A stretch of 64,000 nucleotides of DNA from Candidatus Puniceispirillum sp. (GTDB lineage: Bacteria; Electryoneota; RPQS01; DYHQ01), in the NCBI GenBank assembly GCA_020724065.1, contig DYHQ01000001.1:26782-90781 (forward strand), written 5' to 3'. The position numbers and the translations under genes are program-made. Below, piece by piece: positions 10,330-19,732 of the stretch. Numbering within the stretch: the first letter of the stretch is position 1; every line of letters starts with the position of its first letter. The notes under the pieces were generated by a model. That model saw nothing but the letters and a program-made list of their open reading frames with translations, was not told the DNA's origin and did not search any database.

Positions 10330-10884
10330 ATGTCGAATCGGTTTGAAGTGAGGCTTTCGGCGGTTGGAGGCCAAGGCGTCATCTTGGCGGGAGACCTGTT
10401 GGCACACGCGGCCTATGAGGAGGGGAAGTTTTCTGTTCAGAGTCCGACCTACACCGCTCAAGTGCGTGGAGGACCGACCAAGATTGATGTGATCATAGAC
10501 ACGGAGAAAATCCTCTATCCACGAACGACGGCCATTGATTTCTTCCTGAGCTTGGCGCAGCGCTCCTTTGATGCTTTTGCGGTCGGCTTGAAACCGGACT
10601 GCACGATTCTCGTGGACCCGAATCTCGTGCATGACTGCAAAGGCCGTGCGAATGTCTTCAGGATTCCGATTATTGAGCTGACGCGCACGAAATTGGGACG
10701 AATGGTCTATACTTCCGTCGTGGCTTTGGGAGCGATGGTCGAGTTGACGGGGGTGGTGAAGCATGAGACCATTCGAAAAGTCGTTGAGGAGCATGCTCCC
10801 CCCGGTACAGAAACGCAGAATCTAAAGGCGCTGGATGTCGGATTCGCTGCGGCGGCGGCAGTGAAGGCCGAGGTCAGCCGCTGA
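10330..10884 (+). CDS. korC: 2-oxoacid:ferredoxin oxidoreductase gamma subunit
   Basis: VGGQGVIL, Y...VRGG, NLKAL..G. Follows korB. Confidence 0.88.
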   Translation: MSNRFEVRLSAVGGQGVILAGDLLAHAAYEEGKFSVQSPTYTAQVRGGPTKIDVIIDTEKILYPRTTAIDFFLSLAQRSFDAFAVGLKPDCTILVDPNLVHDCKGRANVFRIPIIELTRTKLGRMVYTSVVALGAMVELTGVVKHETIRKVVEEHAPPGTETQNLKALDVGFAAAAAVKAEVSR

Positions 10885-10920
10885 AGAAGTAGTTCGCACT
10901 TTTGGGGTGAAGAAGCGGAA

Positions 10921-11322
10921 ATGGAAAAAACCTTGATGATCATCAAGCCCGATGCCGTCAAAGCGCGGCATATTGGGCATATTATCTCGCGGGTGGAGGC
11001 GGAGCATCTTGAAATCACCGGCTTGTGCTGCTTGCATCTGACTCGCGAGCAAGCGGAAGAGTTCTATGCGATTCATCGGGAGCGCCCTTTCTTTGAAGGT
11101 TTGATACGCTACATCACTTCCGGTCCGGTCGTCGTGGGACGGCTGGAATGCGAGGGAGCGGTCGAGCATTGGCGGAAGGTGATTGGCGCGACGGATCCGA
11201 AGAAGTCGGCGCCCGGAACGCTTCGGGCTCTGTACGGAATAGATATTGAGCGAAACGCGGTCCATGGATCCGACTCCGTGGAAAATGGAATTGTGGAGTC
11301 GCGGTTTTTTTTCCCTGAGTGA
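10921..11322 (+). CDS. ndk: Nucleoside diphosphate kinase
   Basis: TLMIIKPDAV, GATDP..APGTLR, catalytic NAVHGSDS. Confidence 0.97.
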   Translation: MEKTLMIIKPDAVKARHIGHIISRVEAEHLEITGLCCLHLTREQAEEFYAIHRERPFFEGLIRYITSGPVVVGRLECEGAVEHWRKVIGATDPKKSAPGTLRALYGIDIERNAVHGSDSVENGIVESRFFFPE

Positions 11323-11336
11323 CGGGAAGAGAGGCT

Positions 11337-12284
11337 ATGCCTGAAGTAAGAGAAAAATCGCTGAAAGACGAAATCGAGATGGACCTCGCATCCGCGAGGT
11401 CATCGTCTGATATGGCCATTGCGCGCATCGCCATTGTTGGCGGCGGTGTCATGGGTCGCGGGATTGCTCAAGTCGCTGCCCAAAAAGGGATTGATGTCGT
11501 CTTGGTCGAGCGAGACGAACAAGGATTGCAGGCGAGCCTGGCCGCACTGGGCGAGACTTTGGACCAAGAAATCGCTCGTTGGGGGATTACCCGCAGCGAC
11601 AAGCGAGCCATTCTCTCTCGAATCACCGGCAAGGTGAACCTGGAGGATGTGGGGGATGTGCAGCTTGTCGTGGAGGCGGTCCCGGATGACCTCGGATTGA
11701 AGATGGCACTGTTTGTTCATTTCGATGAGCTTTGGGATGACCCCGTTGTTTTCATTTCGAATACTTCCGCGCTGTCGGTGACAGAAATTGCGCAAGCGAC
11801 GCGGCATCCTGAGCGGGTTATCGGTATGCACTTCCTGAATCCCGTTTCGCGGACGCCTCTGGTCGAAGTCGTGCGTGCGCTGAAGACTTCCGACGCCACC
11901 TACGCTCGCGTAAAGCGTTTCGCCGAAATGCTGGACAAAACCGTCGTGGAAGTTTTCGAATCTCCGGGCTACATCTCGACGCGCATTATTGTCCCGACGC
12001 TCAACGAAGCGATGTACGCTCTCATGGAAGGAGTGGCCAGCGCCGATGGCATTGATACGGCGATGAGGCTCGGTTACGGTTTTGACAAGGGACCTTTGGC
12101 CTTGGCCGATATGATTGGTTTGGATACTTGCATGGGTTGGATGGAAGCTCTCTTCCGCGAATTAGGTGATGTGAAATATCGCCCGTGTCCACTGCTGCGT
12201 AAGCTCGTCCGAGCTGGCCGGCTTGGAACCAAAACCGGAGAGGGCTTTTTCAAGTATGACCACGAAGGCAGGCGTATTGGATGA
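11337..12284 (+). CDS. hbd: 3-hydroxybutyryl-CoA/3-hydroxyacyl-CoA dehydrogenase
   Basis: GGGVMGRG Rossmann motif, SNTSALS, GMHFLNP, LVEVV, GPL..AD.IGLD, GRLGTKTGEGFF. Start uncertain (11319, 11337 or later). Confidence 0.9.
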   Translation: MPEVREKSLKDEIEMDLASARSSSDMAIARIAIVGGGVMGRGIAQVAAQKGIDVVLVERDEQGLQASLAALGETLDQEIARWGITRSDKRAILSRITGKVNLEDVGDVQLVVEAVPDDLGLKMALFVHFDELWDDPVVFISNTSALSVTEIAQATRHPERVIGMHFLNPVSRTPLVEVVRALKTSDATYARVKRFAEMLDKTVVEVFESPGYISTRIIVPTLNEAMYALMEGVASADGIDTAMRLGYGFDKGPLALADMIGLDTCMGWMEALFRELGDVKYRPCPLLRKLVRAGRLGTKTGEGFFKYDHEGRRIG

Positions 12285-13531
12285 TCGTTCTCGTCCTTAA
12301 TTGCGGCAGTTCCTCCGTCAAGTATCAACTGATTGAGTTTCGTGATGGCGCGTCGCAGGTGCGCGCCAAAGGCTCTGTGGAGCGCATTGGGATGCGCGGC
12401 GCTATTCTGAACCACTTCCGCGAGGACGGTGACCGCGTGAAGCTGGCCGGTGAAATCCTGGACCATCAAGTTGCGATTGAATATATCTTAGCGATTCTCC
12501 TCTCCAAGAATCATGGGGTCATTCGAGCTCATAGCGACATTGCGGCCGTAGGGCATCGAGTCGTGCACGGAGGTGAAGCTCTCACCGAATCGGTTCTCAT
12601 TGACGCGGCGGTCATGGAAAAGCTACGCGAATGTATTGAGCTGGCTCCGTTGCACAATCCGCATAACATCAAGGGTATCGAGGCTTGCCGTCGTCTTCTG
12701 CCTGGCGTGCCGCAGGTGGCAGTCTTCGACACGGCTTTTCATCATACGATTCCCGATTACGCTTTTCTCTACGCCTTGCCTCACGTTCTGTATCGGCGTT
12801 ACGGGCTGCGGCGCTACGGATTTCACGGTACTTCGCACGCCTATGTTTCGCGCCGTGCGGCACGGTTCGTCGGACAACCCATCGAGAGCCTGAAAATCAT
12901 CACTTGCCACTTGGGGAATGGTTGCTCCATTACCGCGGTGCAGAACGGGCTCTCCGTGGATACATCCATGGGATTCACGCCGGTGGAAGGGCTCGTCATG
13001 GGCACGCGCACGGGTGATTTGGACCCGTCGGCGATTCTCCATATTATGGGCCGCGAGGAACTCACTTCAGCGGAGGCCAATGCTCTTCTGAACAAGCATA
13101 GCGGCTTGGCCGGAATCTCCGGAATCTCATCGGATATGCGCGAGATATGGGAACAAACGGAAAGGGGGAATGAGCGCGCTCGGCTGGCTCTAAATGTCTT
13201 CTGCTATCGGCTGAAGAAGTACATTGCGGCTTACGCCGGAGTGTTGGGCGGATTGGACATTCTTGTCTTTACCGGCGGCATTGGTGAGAACGCGTATTAT
13301 GTGAGAGAAATGTGTCTGGACACTTTGGGCTTCTTGGGTATCGAGATAGACCTTGCCAAGAATCGGCAGCCTCTGCAGGGAGACACGGCGATTAGCACGG
13401 CTCAGTCGGCCGTGAAAGTCTTGGTCATTCCAACGAATGAAGAGCTGGTCATTGCGGATGACACGCGCCGTATTGTTGAGGAGAAAGAGACTCAGTCTAC
13501 GCTGGGACCCGTGGCGGCGAAGACTTCTTGA
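12281..13531 (+). CDS. ackA: Acetate kinase
   Basis: LNCGSSSVKY, GHRVVHGG, LAPLHNP, YGFHGTSH, CHLGNG, FTGGIGEN, PTNEE. Confidence 0.97.
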   Translation: MIVLVLNCGSSSVKYQLIEFRDGASQVRAKGSVERIGMRGAILNHFREDGDRVKLAGEILDHQVAIEYILAILLSKNHGVIRAHSDIAAVGHRVVHGGEALTESVLIDAAVMEKLRECIELAPLHNPHNIKGIEACRRLLPGVPQVAVFDTAFHHTIPDYAFLYALPHVLYRRYGLRRYGFHGTSHAYVSRRAARFVGQPIESLKIITCHLGNGCSITAVQNGLSVDTSMGFTPVEGLVMGTRTGDLDPSAILHIMGREELTSAEANALLNKHSGLAGISGISSDMREIWEQTERGNERARLALNVFCYRLKKYIAAYAGVLGGLDILVFTGGIGENAYYVREMCLDTLGFLGIEIDLAKNRQPLQGDTAISTAQSAVKVLVIPTNEELVIADDTRRIVEEKETQSTLGPVAAKTS

Positions 13532-13537
13532 GCCGGA

Positions 13538-14431
13538 ATGGCCGGTACAGAAGAACAGGTTTGGAATAGAAACGAACTCATGCACCGAATTGTCTCTCAC
13601 AAACTCCTGGCTCCGGCTGCCCATGATATGATGGTGGACGCGCCGCTGATTGCGCGGAAGCGCAAGGCCGGCCAATTTGTTATTGTCCGCATGCGAGAGC
13701 TTTCCGAGCGTATTCCTCTTACCATTGCTGGGGGTGACCCTATCGCTGGCACGATTCGGCTGATTTACCAGGAGGCGGGGAAATCCACGATGGAAATGGG
13801 GCTGATGAAAGAGGGTGAGTTTTTGTCCGATGTCGTCGGACCTCTGGGCAAGCCCACTCACATTGAGAAATTTGGCACGGTCGTATGTATGGGAGGGGGC
13901 ATTGGAACCGGCGAAATTCTGCCGGTGGCGCAAGCCTGCGCTTTGGCGGGCAATCGCGTTATCTCAATCGTCGGCGCTCGGACGAAGGAACTCCTCATCG
14001 TCCTCGACGATGTGCGCGAGACTTCGGCTGAACTTCTTATTTCAACCGATGACGGTTCTTTTGGATTTCATGGTTTCGTGACGAATCTCCTACAGCAACT
14101 TGTTGATCGGGGCGAGAAACTGGACAAGGTTTTCGCTGTGGGTCCCGTGCCGATGATGCGCGCTGCGTGCAACATGACAAGAAAATATTCCATACCCACC
14201 GAAGTGTCGCTCAATCCGATTATGGTGGACGGCACCGGCATGTGTGGGGCGTGTCGAGTCACCGTCGGAGGTCGGACGCAATTCGTTTGCGTTGATGGCC
14301 CGGATTTTGATGGTCATCAGGTGGATTTCGATGAATTGACCAAGAGACTGCAGGCCTATCGGACTCTCGAGAAGGAAGCGATCGAATACTGGGAGAAGCA
14401 CCGATGTCTCTTGGAGGAGAGTCACTCATGA
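13538..14431 (+). CDS. nfnA: Electron-bifurcating transhydrogenase small subunit (NfnA/SudB; FAD and [2Fe-2S])
   Basis: GQFVIVR..ERIPLT, VGPLG, GGGIG, VGPVPMM, DGTGMCGACRV..CVDGP. Start may be ATG 13580. Confidence 0.88.
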   Translation: MAGTEEQVWNRNELMHRIVSHKLLAPAAHDMMVDAPLIARKRKAGQFVIVRMRELSERIPLTIAGGDPIAGTIRLIYQEAGKSTMEMGLMKEGEFLSDVVGPLGKPTHIEKFGTVVCMGGGIGTGEILPVAQACALAGNRVISIVGARTKELLIVLDDVRETSAELLISTDDGSFGFHGFVTNLLQQLVDRGEKLDKVFAVGPVPMMRAACNMTRKYSIPTEVSLNPIMVDGTGMCGACRVTVGGRTQFVCVDGPDFDGHQVDFDELTKRLQAYRTLEKEAIEYWEKHRCLLEESHS

Positions 14432-15879
14432 GCGCGACTCCCTCTCTGAAGCCAGATCTCCCTGCAAAGACGCCGAAGGTTCCGCGGCAGCCCATGCCGG
14501 AGCAATCGCCCGATGAGCGCAGGCACAATTTCCGGGAAGTGCCCTATGGCTACCCGCCGGAAATTGCGGTTGTCGAGGCGATGCGATGCATTCAGTGCAA
14601 GAAGCCTCGATGCGTTGCGGGCTGCCCTGTTGAGATTGACATTCCCGGATTCATCAAGTTGATTGCTGAGGGAGACTTTGCGGCTTCCGCTCGCAAGCTC
14701 AAAGAGGCGAATGCTCTGCCAGCAATCTGCGGTCGAGTCTGTCCCCAAGAAGACCAATGCGAGAAGGTCTGCGTGATAGGCATCAAAGGCGAACCCGTGG
14801 CTATCGGGCGCTTAGAAAGATTTGCGGCAGACTGGGAACGCGAACATGGACTGGTAGAGGTTCCGGAGCTGGCCCCTGCAACGGGCAAGAAGATTGCGAT
14901 TGTCGGGTCGGGGCCTGCGGGGCTGACGGTGGCGGGAGATTTGGCGAAATGGGGACACTCGGTCACAATCTTCGAGGCACTGCACAAAACGGGAGGCGTT
15001 CTTGTCTATGGAATTCCTGAATTCCGCTTGCCCAAGGCGATTGTGCAGGCCGAAGTGGATTATATTGCCAGCCTGGGTGTAAAGGTTGTGCCGAGTGTCG
15101 TTATCGGGCGCACCATGACCATAGACGACCTCTTTGAGGAGGGCTTTGACGCCGTTTTCATTGGAACGGGCGCTGGCCTGCCCTACTTTCTCGGAGTTCC
15201 GGGCGAGAATCTCAACGGGGTGTTTTCCGCGAACGAATACCTCACACGCTCGAATCTGATGCGTGCCTTTGAGTTTCCTCGAGCGGACACACCCATTGCA
15301 CGGTCGCGACGCGTGTGCGTCTTGGGCGGCGGCAATGTGGCGATGGATGCGGCTCGCACTGCCCTTCGTTTGGGAGCGGAGAAAGTCGCCGTCGTTTACA
15401 GGCGGTCGCGCACTGAAATGCCGGCGCGTATCGAAGAGATTCATCATGCCGAGGAGGAGGGAATTGAACTCCAATTCCTGACCAATCCCACGAAGATCCT
15501 CGGCAATGACGACGGGTGGGTGAGAGCGATGGAGTGTTTGCGCTACGAGCTTGGGGAACCGGATGCCTCGGGGAGGCGGAAGCCTGTGCCAATTCCGGGC
15601 ACGGAATTTGAAATTGAGTGCGACACGGTGATCGTCGCCATCGGCAACGGCGCAAATCCCCTGTTGCCGGCAGCGACGCCGGGTCTGAAAACCAATCGGT
15701 GGGGAAATATCACCGCAGATGCGGAAACGGGAAAAACTTCCCATCGCGGCGTATGGGCGGGCGGCGATATTGTGATCGGGGCCGCCACAGTCATTCTTGC
15801 GATGGGGGCGGGCAGACAAGCCGCGCGTTCCATTCACAATTATGTCCTGGGCATAGATACCTCATGGCCTTCCGAATGA
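14428..15879 (+). CDS. nfnB: Electron-bifurcating transhydrogenase large subunit (NfnB/SudA; GltD-like)
   Basis: RCIQCKKPRCVAGCPV, CGRVCPQEDQCE, GSGPAG, GGGNVAMD, GGDIV.GAATVILAMG. ATGA-coupled to nfnA, with no gltB nearby. Confidence 0.88.
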   Translation: MSATPSLKPDLPAKTPKVPRQPMPEQSPDERRHNFREVPYGYPPEIAVVEAMRCIQCKKPRCVAGCPVEIDIPGFIKLIAEGDFAASARKLKEANALPAICGRVCPQEDQCEKVCVIGIKGEPVAIGRLERFAADWEREHGLVEVPELAPATGKKIAIVGSGPAGLTVAGDLAKWGHSVTIFEALHKTGGVLVYGIPEFRLPKAIVQAEVDYIASLGVKVVPSVVIGRTMTIDDLFEEGFDAVFIGTGAGLPYFLGVPGENLNGVFSANEYLTRSNLMRAFEFPRADTPIARSRRVCVLGGGNVAMDAARTALRLGAEKVAVVYRRSRTEMPARIEEIHHAEEEGIELQFLTNPTKILGNDDGWVRAMECLRYELGEPDASGRRKPVPIPGTEFEIECDTVIVAIGNGANPLLPAATPGLKTNRWGNITADAETGKTSHRGVWAGGDIVIGAATVILAMGAGRQAARSIHNYVLGIDTSWPSE

Positions 15880-15905
15880 CCTGTTGAACATGTCGCAATG
15901 GAATA

Positions 15906-15938
15906 GAAAAAGAGGCTCCTAACGGAACCTCTTTTTTC
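15906..15938. terminator. Bidirectional intrinsic terminator between convergent operons
   Basis: GAAAAAGAGGCTCC-TAAC-GGAACCTCTTTTTTC, with an A-tract on one side and a T-tract on the other. Confidence 0.8.
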
Positions 15939-15963
15939 ATGCTGTTAAAAGGATATATGTTGC

Positions 15964-17802
15964 CTAATGGGCCAGCATTTCCGTAAGAAGGTGATCCATG
16001 AACGACTGTGCTTGCTCCTGATAAGCAAAGTAGAAAGGAAAGCCAAAGACAGCGACGCTGTAAACAGGCCCCAGGTAGACATGGGCACAGTTGCCTCCTT
16101 CAAGCCGCGGGTCATCGGTGGCGGCGTCGAACTTGCCGAGAGTGATTGTCTCGCCCCGGTTGTTGAAAATCCAGCACCTGTCCAGTGCACCCGCCCAGCT
16201 TGCGGGAACCTTTGCAGGATCAATCGCGACATCCGGATAGCCTGTCACACCCGTAATCCCCTTGCACTCGCGTGGGCTCGTGCCGGCACTTTGTATCGCA
16301 TAGAAGAGCCGCATGTAGGTGTAAACGAAGCGATACGGATTGTCTGATGCGCCGACCGGCCCATAGGAAGCCGAGTCCGGTGGGTAGTTGATGCCAAAAG
16401 GCTCGAACAGATCCCACCCGCTAAAGATTGCCTTCCCTCCTCGATCCAAATATTCCGCAAGTACGACTCGATTACTGAGAATGTTCAAGTTTGCCTTGTC
16501 ATCGGCGTGATAGATCACTAAGGCGTAGTGGTAGAGGTCCAAGGGGGAAAGGTAGCTCACTCCGCCCACTTGGTGGGTGGCATAGTCCAATTGAAGGTGA
16601 GGATGGGTGCCGACCATTGCTTCGTAGAAGTTGTCCACCTGTACGTCATTGGGGCTGCCCGCGCCGCCCGTGCCGTCACGCGTCTCGTCTATGATCAGGA
16701 TGGTGTCTGACTCCATCAATTCGAGGATGAATATTCTGTATGATATCGTGTCACTGACTTCTCCGGCAATATCACGGGCCCTGATGCGGAATGAATACTG
16801 ACTGGCCGGAGCGTCCGAGAGCACAATTTCGGGAGTTTCTTGCCATAGCGTTGGATCGAAGGGTTCGTCGCCGATTGCATAGCTGTAGGTGCTTATTCTT
16901 CCAAAGTAAGCTGCGGCACTCGCACTGAAAGTCAGCTTTGTTTCGCGGTTGGCCTTGTAAAAGACCGAGCCATCCGGATAGAAATCGTCCGCGCCATAGG
17001 TTCCAACGACAACCGTGTCCATCGTAGGTCGAAAGCCTTCAGCGACAGTCAAGCGGAGCGAAATCATGGCCCGCCCGGGGGCCTCGCCGGCATCCTTCAC
17101 GCGGGCATAGATCGTATGTTCGCCAACCGTCAACAGATCCTTGTGCATCAGAGTGGTTTTCGGTGGTGGAACGGTTCTAAGAATCCCGTCAACGACTTTA
17201 CGGAAAAGGATGGTATCGCAGAAGAGGAAAATTGGATTACGGGACCAGGAAGACCATTCCTCGACACTATCATCAATGGCAATCGAGTAGAACAGGGAGG
17301 ACGGATTGGGATCTTCGCCTTCGAGCTCAATTGCGAATCCCCTCCCAACCGTCGCGCTATCGGGGACGCTCGTTGCAGCGAAAGCCACGCTTGGACGCGT
17401 GTTGGAAGCATAGAAAGAGCGACTGGGCGGTGAGGTATCCTGCATCCCCTCATTGTCCACGGCGATTACTTGAATTCGATGGGCCACGATGGTGTCGCCG
17501 GGGGCATAGAAGGCGATAGTATCGTCGTAGGCCGAAGTGAACATGAGCGTATCTATGATCGTGGTGTCCGGCGAGATGATCCTATCTATAATCCAGAAGC
17601 CGGCGATGTCTCCATTCGGGTCGGTGGCCGACCATCTCACATGGACGAAGTGATTGAAAGTATCTTGCTCGGCGGGTAGCAGGATGAGCTGGGTCTTGGG
17701 CGGCTGATTCGGGATGGCGCTTCCCGGATCGCTGACTTCACACCCTGCAATGGCGATCACCAGCAAGCCAAAGAGAGTCAATCGCAAAATATCTTTCCGC
17801 AT
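15964..17802 (-). CDS. Lipoprotein with tandem Ig/FN3-like domains and a C-terminal alpha/beta domain; function unknown
   Basis: ATG 17802 follows GAAGGAG. Signal MRKDILRLTLFGLLVIAIAG-C. Repeated strands VIAVDNEG, ARVKDAG, RARDIAG. C-terminal ILIIDET..EYLDRGGK..FGFPFYF. Confidence 0.75.
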   Translation of the reverse strand: MRKDILRLTLFGLLVIAIAGCEVSDPGSAIPNQPPKTQLILLPAEQDTFNHFVHVRWSATDPNGDIAGFWIIDRIISPDTTIIDTLMFTSAYDDTIAFYAPGDTIVAHRIQVIAVDNEGMQDTSPPSRSFYASNTRPSVAFAATSVPDSATVGRGFAIELEGEDPNPSSLFYSIAIDDSVEEWSSWSRNPIFLFCDTILFRKVVDGILRTVPPPKTTLMHKDLLTVGEHTIYARVKDAGEAPGRAMISLRLTVAEGFRPTMDTVVVGTYGADDFYPDGSVFYKANRETKLTFSASAAAYFGRISTYSYAIGDEPFDPTLWQETPEIVLSDAPASQYSFRIRARDIAGEVSDTISYRIFILELMESDTILIIDETRDGTGGAGSPNDVQVDNFYEAMVGTHPHLQLDYATHQVGGVSYLSPLDLYHYALVIYHADDKANLNILSNRVVLAEYLDRGGKAIFSGWDLFEPFGINYPPDSASYGPVGASDNPYRFVYTYMRLFYAIQSAGTSPRECKGITGVTGYPDVAIDPAKVPASWAGALDRCWIFNNRGETITLGKFDAATDDPRLEGGNCAHVYLGPVYSVAVFGFPFYFAYQEQAQSFMDHLLTEMLAH

Positions 17803-17837
17803 TTGAGTAACTCCTTCCGGGAAAAGTGAGCGCCCTT

Positions 17838-18905
17838 CTACCATGCAAATCCAAGCGAAAATCGGTGTGGCTGCATACTGAATTCCTCCACAGCCGCGGT
17901 GATATCGCCAAAATAGGAGTAGGCATAGTCGAAGGTGAGGCGGTAGTCCCTACCCATTGGAATCTTAAGTCCTAAGCCAGCGGAGAAACTTTCGGTATCA
18001 TAGGCGAATTTGCCTCCAAGCCGAAGGGCAAGCACCTTATTCCAAATGTACTCCCCTCCGATATTCAGGCGCTCTCGATTGTCATTGGGGTGATTCATCT
18101 CGACCGAGACAATCGCGTCATGCTTATCTCCGGGGTGTGCTTTCACCATCTCAAAGAGATTGGCTGACACACCCAACCGGAACATCGTGGGCAGCGCTGC
18201 ATCCTCATAGCCACGCTCGAAGAGGCCACCGCTTTTCGTCTGATTCCGATAGTCGAAATAGCTGCCCGAATAGGTGACATTGGGACCCAGGTTCTGTATG
18301 GCCATCCCAATCATCAGAGAGCGCAGACCCGTCTGATAGAGCGTCCCCAAGTCGAGCGACAACCCATTGTAGGTCGAATTCTCGAGTCCCGAGCGGAGGT
18401 AGCGCAAATTCGCTCCAAGGGAAAATCGGTCCGTGAGCAGCCGGGCGTAACTCCCTCCAATGATGAAATCATAGGCATTGAAATTCTCGCCCGTGCCCTC
18501 AGGTCTGTAGTAGGTTCGGACTTTCATGTCGCCCGTGTAGAGATTGATGATATGGAGCGAAGCCGCTTGCACGCCGAATTTGCGGGCAATCACGAAAGTA
18601 TTCAGCTGGATGTCCGCCGGCATGTTGATCTGTCCAAGAACGGCCTCGTAGTGCTCTCCCTTGGCACGCTCCAAATAGACGAGCCCTGCGGGATTCCAGA
18701 AGACGGACGAGGCGTCTCGGCACGCTGCGACTTGAGCATTTCCCATCCCCACGCCTCGCACACCCACGGGAATCTTCAAGACTTGAATGGATGTGGTTCC
18801 TACTTTCTCCAAGGCGGATGCGGGGCAAGTTAGCATCCCAAGCAGGAGCAAGAGCAATACCGGAAAAGCGATCAGGCCTTTCCAATGCGCATTTTGATGG
18901 CTCAT
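17838..18905 (-). CDS. PorV/PorQ family (UPF0164) outer-membrane beta-barrel
   Basis: Signal peptide, KVGTT...LKIPVGVRGVGMGNA.VA...DASSVFWNPAGL, DLG..Y, QNLGP, LPTMFRLG, HPND..E, aromatic C-terminus SLGFAW. Confidence 0.85.
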   Translation of the reverse strand: MSHQNAHWKGLIAFPVLLLLLLGMLTCPASALEKVGTTSIQVLKIPVGVRGVGMGNAQVAACRDASSVFWNPAGLVYLERAKGEHYEAVLGQINMPADIQLNTFVIARKFGVQAASLHIINLYTGDMKVRTYYRPEGTGENFNAYDFIIGGSYARLLTDRFSLGANLRYLRSGLENSTYNGLSLDLGTLYQTGLRSLMIGMAIQNLGPNVTYSGSYFDYRNQTKSGGLFERGYEDAALPTMFRLGVSANLFEMVKAHPGDKHDAIVSVEMNHPNDNRERLNIGGEYIWNKVLALRLGGKFAYDTESFSAGLGLKIPMGRDYRLTFDYAYSYFGDITAAVEEFSMQPHRFSLGFAW

Positions 18906-18908
18906 ATC

Positions 18909-19682
18909 TTACTCTCCATAGACAAGCACAATTGTTCCCGTGATTTTCGATCCCTCTTGCGTTACTCTCGCCCGAAGGGCATGTTCGCCCGGCGTCAGTC
19001 GCGCCAGCCAGTTCAGTTCGATGTAGCGTCCCTCATTCGCTGGATCCGCGGCGTTCCACTGCCTCATTCGGAGCTGAAAGGACCGACCTTTCATTCCCGA
19101 TGCCGAATCTGTCGGGCTGGCATAGAAGTGCTGACCGGACAAGGTCGTATCGTTGAGATAGACGGCTTCGGGGTATTTGGCCAGAGAGTCATAGGCCAAG
19201 TCATCGAGCCATAGGGAAAGAACGAACCGGTTGTCCGCGACGATGATGAGCGAGTCACGACTGTTACCCATGGCCGTCGTCTCGGCAATCGCTTGACTTA
19301 GACTGTCTCGAGTGGGGATGCCGATGAGGCTGTCTTCATGAGTCCAAGTGGAATCGGCACCCAGCATATCCAGCACCACCAGGTAGCTGGTGATTCTGTC
19401 GGCCGTCGCAGGGAGCCAGATGTTCATAATGGCTTCCATCGAGTCAATAGTACTGTCCGGGTGAATGAAGCCGGCGATCGTCATGCTGGCAGATTCCAAC
19501 AGGTCACCTACTTGAAAGGTGGCACTGAGCGCCTGCACTCCCGAGAGGGCGTCTTCCCAGAGTATGATGGTCTCCGTATTCGCTTGTTCTGAGGAGGCGG
19601 GCGGTGGTGTCCGCGGATCCGCACAGCCGGCCACGAGCAAGGCCACAAGGCACATGAAGAGAAGAAGCTCTAATACTTTCAT
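18909..19682 (-). CDS. Uncharacterised lipoprotein
   Basis: ATG 19682 follows AAAGGA. Lipobox LLVAG-C. An alternative start at 19736 overlaps the upstream stop. Confidence 0.7.
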   Translation of the reverse strand: MKVLELLLFMCLVALLVAGCADPRTPPPASSEQANTETIILWEDALSGVQALSATFQVGDLLESASMTIAGFIHPDSTIDSMEAIMNIWLPATADRITSYLVVLDMLGADSTWTHEDSLIGIPTRDSLSQAIAETTAMGNSRDSLIIVADNRFVLSLWLDDLAYDSLAKYPEAVYLNDTTLSGQHFYASPTDSASGMKGRSFQLRMRQWNAADPANEGRYIELNWLARLTPGEHALRARVTQEGSKITGTIVLVYGE

Positions 19683-19732
19683 AGAGGTCTTTCCTTTCAA
19701 TCGGAATTCGCTTCGTTGCACCAGCCCTTCTT

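Noticed and set aside
11305..11322. T8 run at the end of ndk as a frameshift or phase-variation site
   Set aside because: ndk ends at normal length (..RFFFPE) and hbd has its own start.
694..15837. Long minus-strand ORFs (e.g. 694-1626, 5581-6699, 8536-9600, 14812-15837)
   Set aside because: Antisense shadows of well-supported plus-strand genes in GC-rich DNA, with no motifs of their own.
14428..15879. Glutamate synthase small subunit (gltD) call
   Set aside because: No gltB is adjacent and the gene is coupled to an NfnA/SudB-type gene, so NfnAB fits better.
18909..19682. SusD assignment for the lipoprotein downstream of the TBDR
   Set aside because: Too short (about 257 aa), not adjacent to the TBDR, and no SusD/TPR-like motifs visible.
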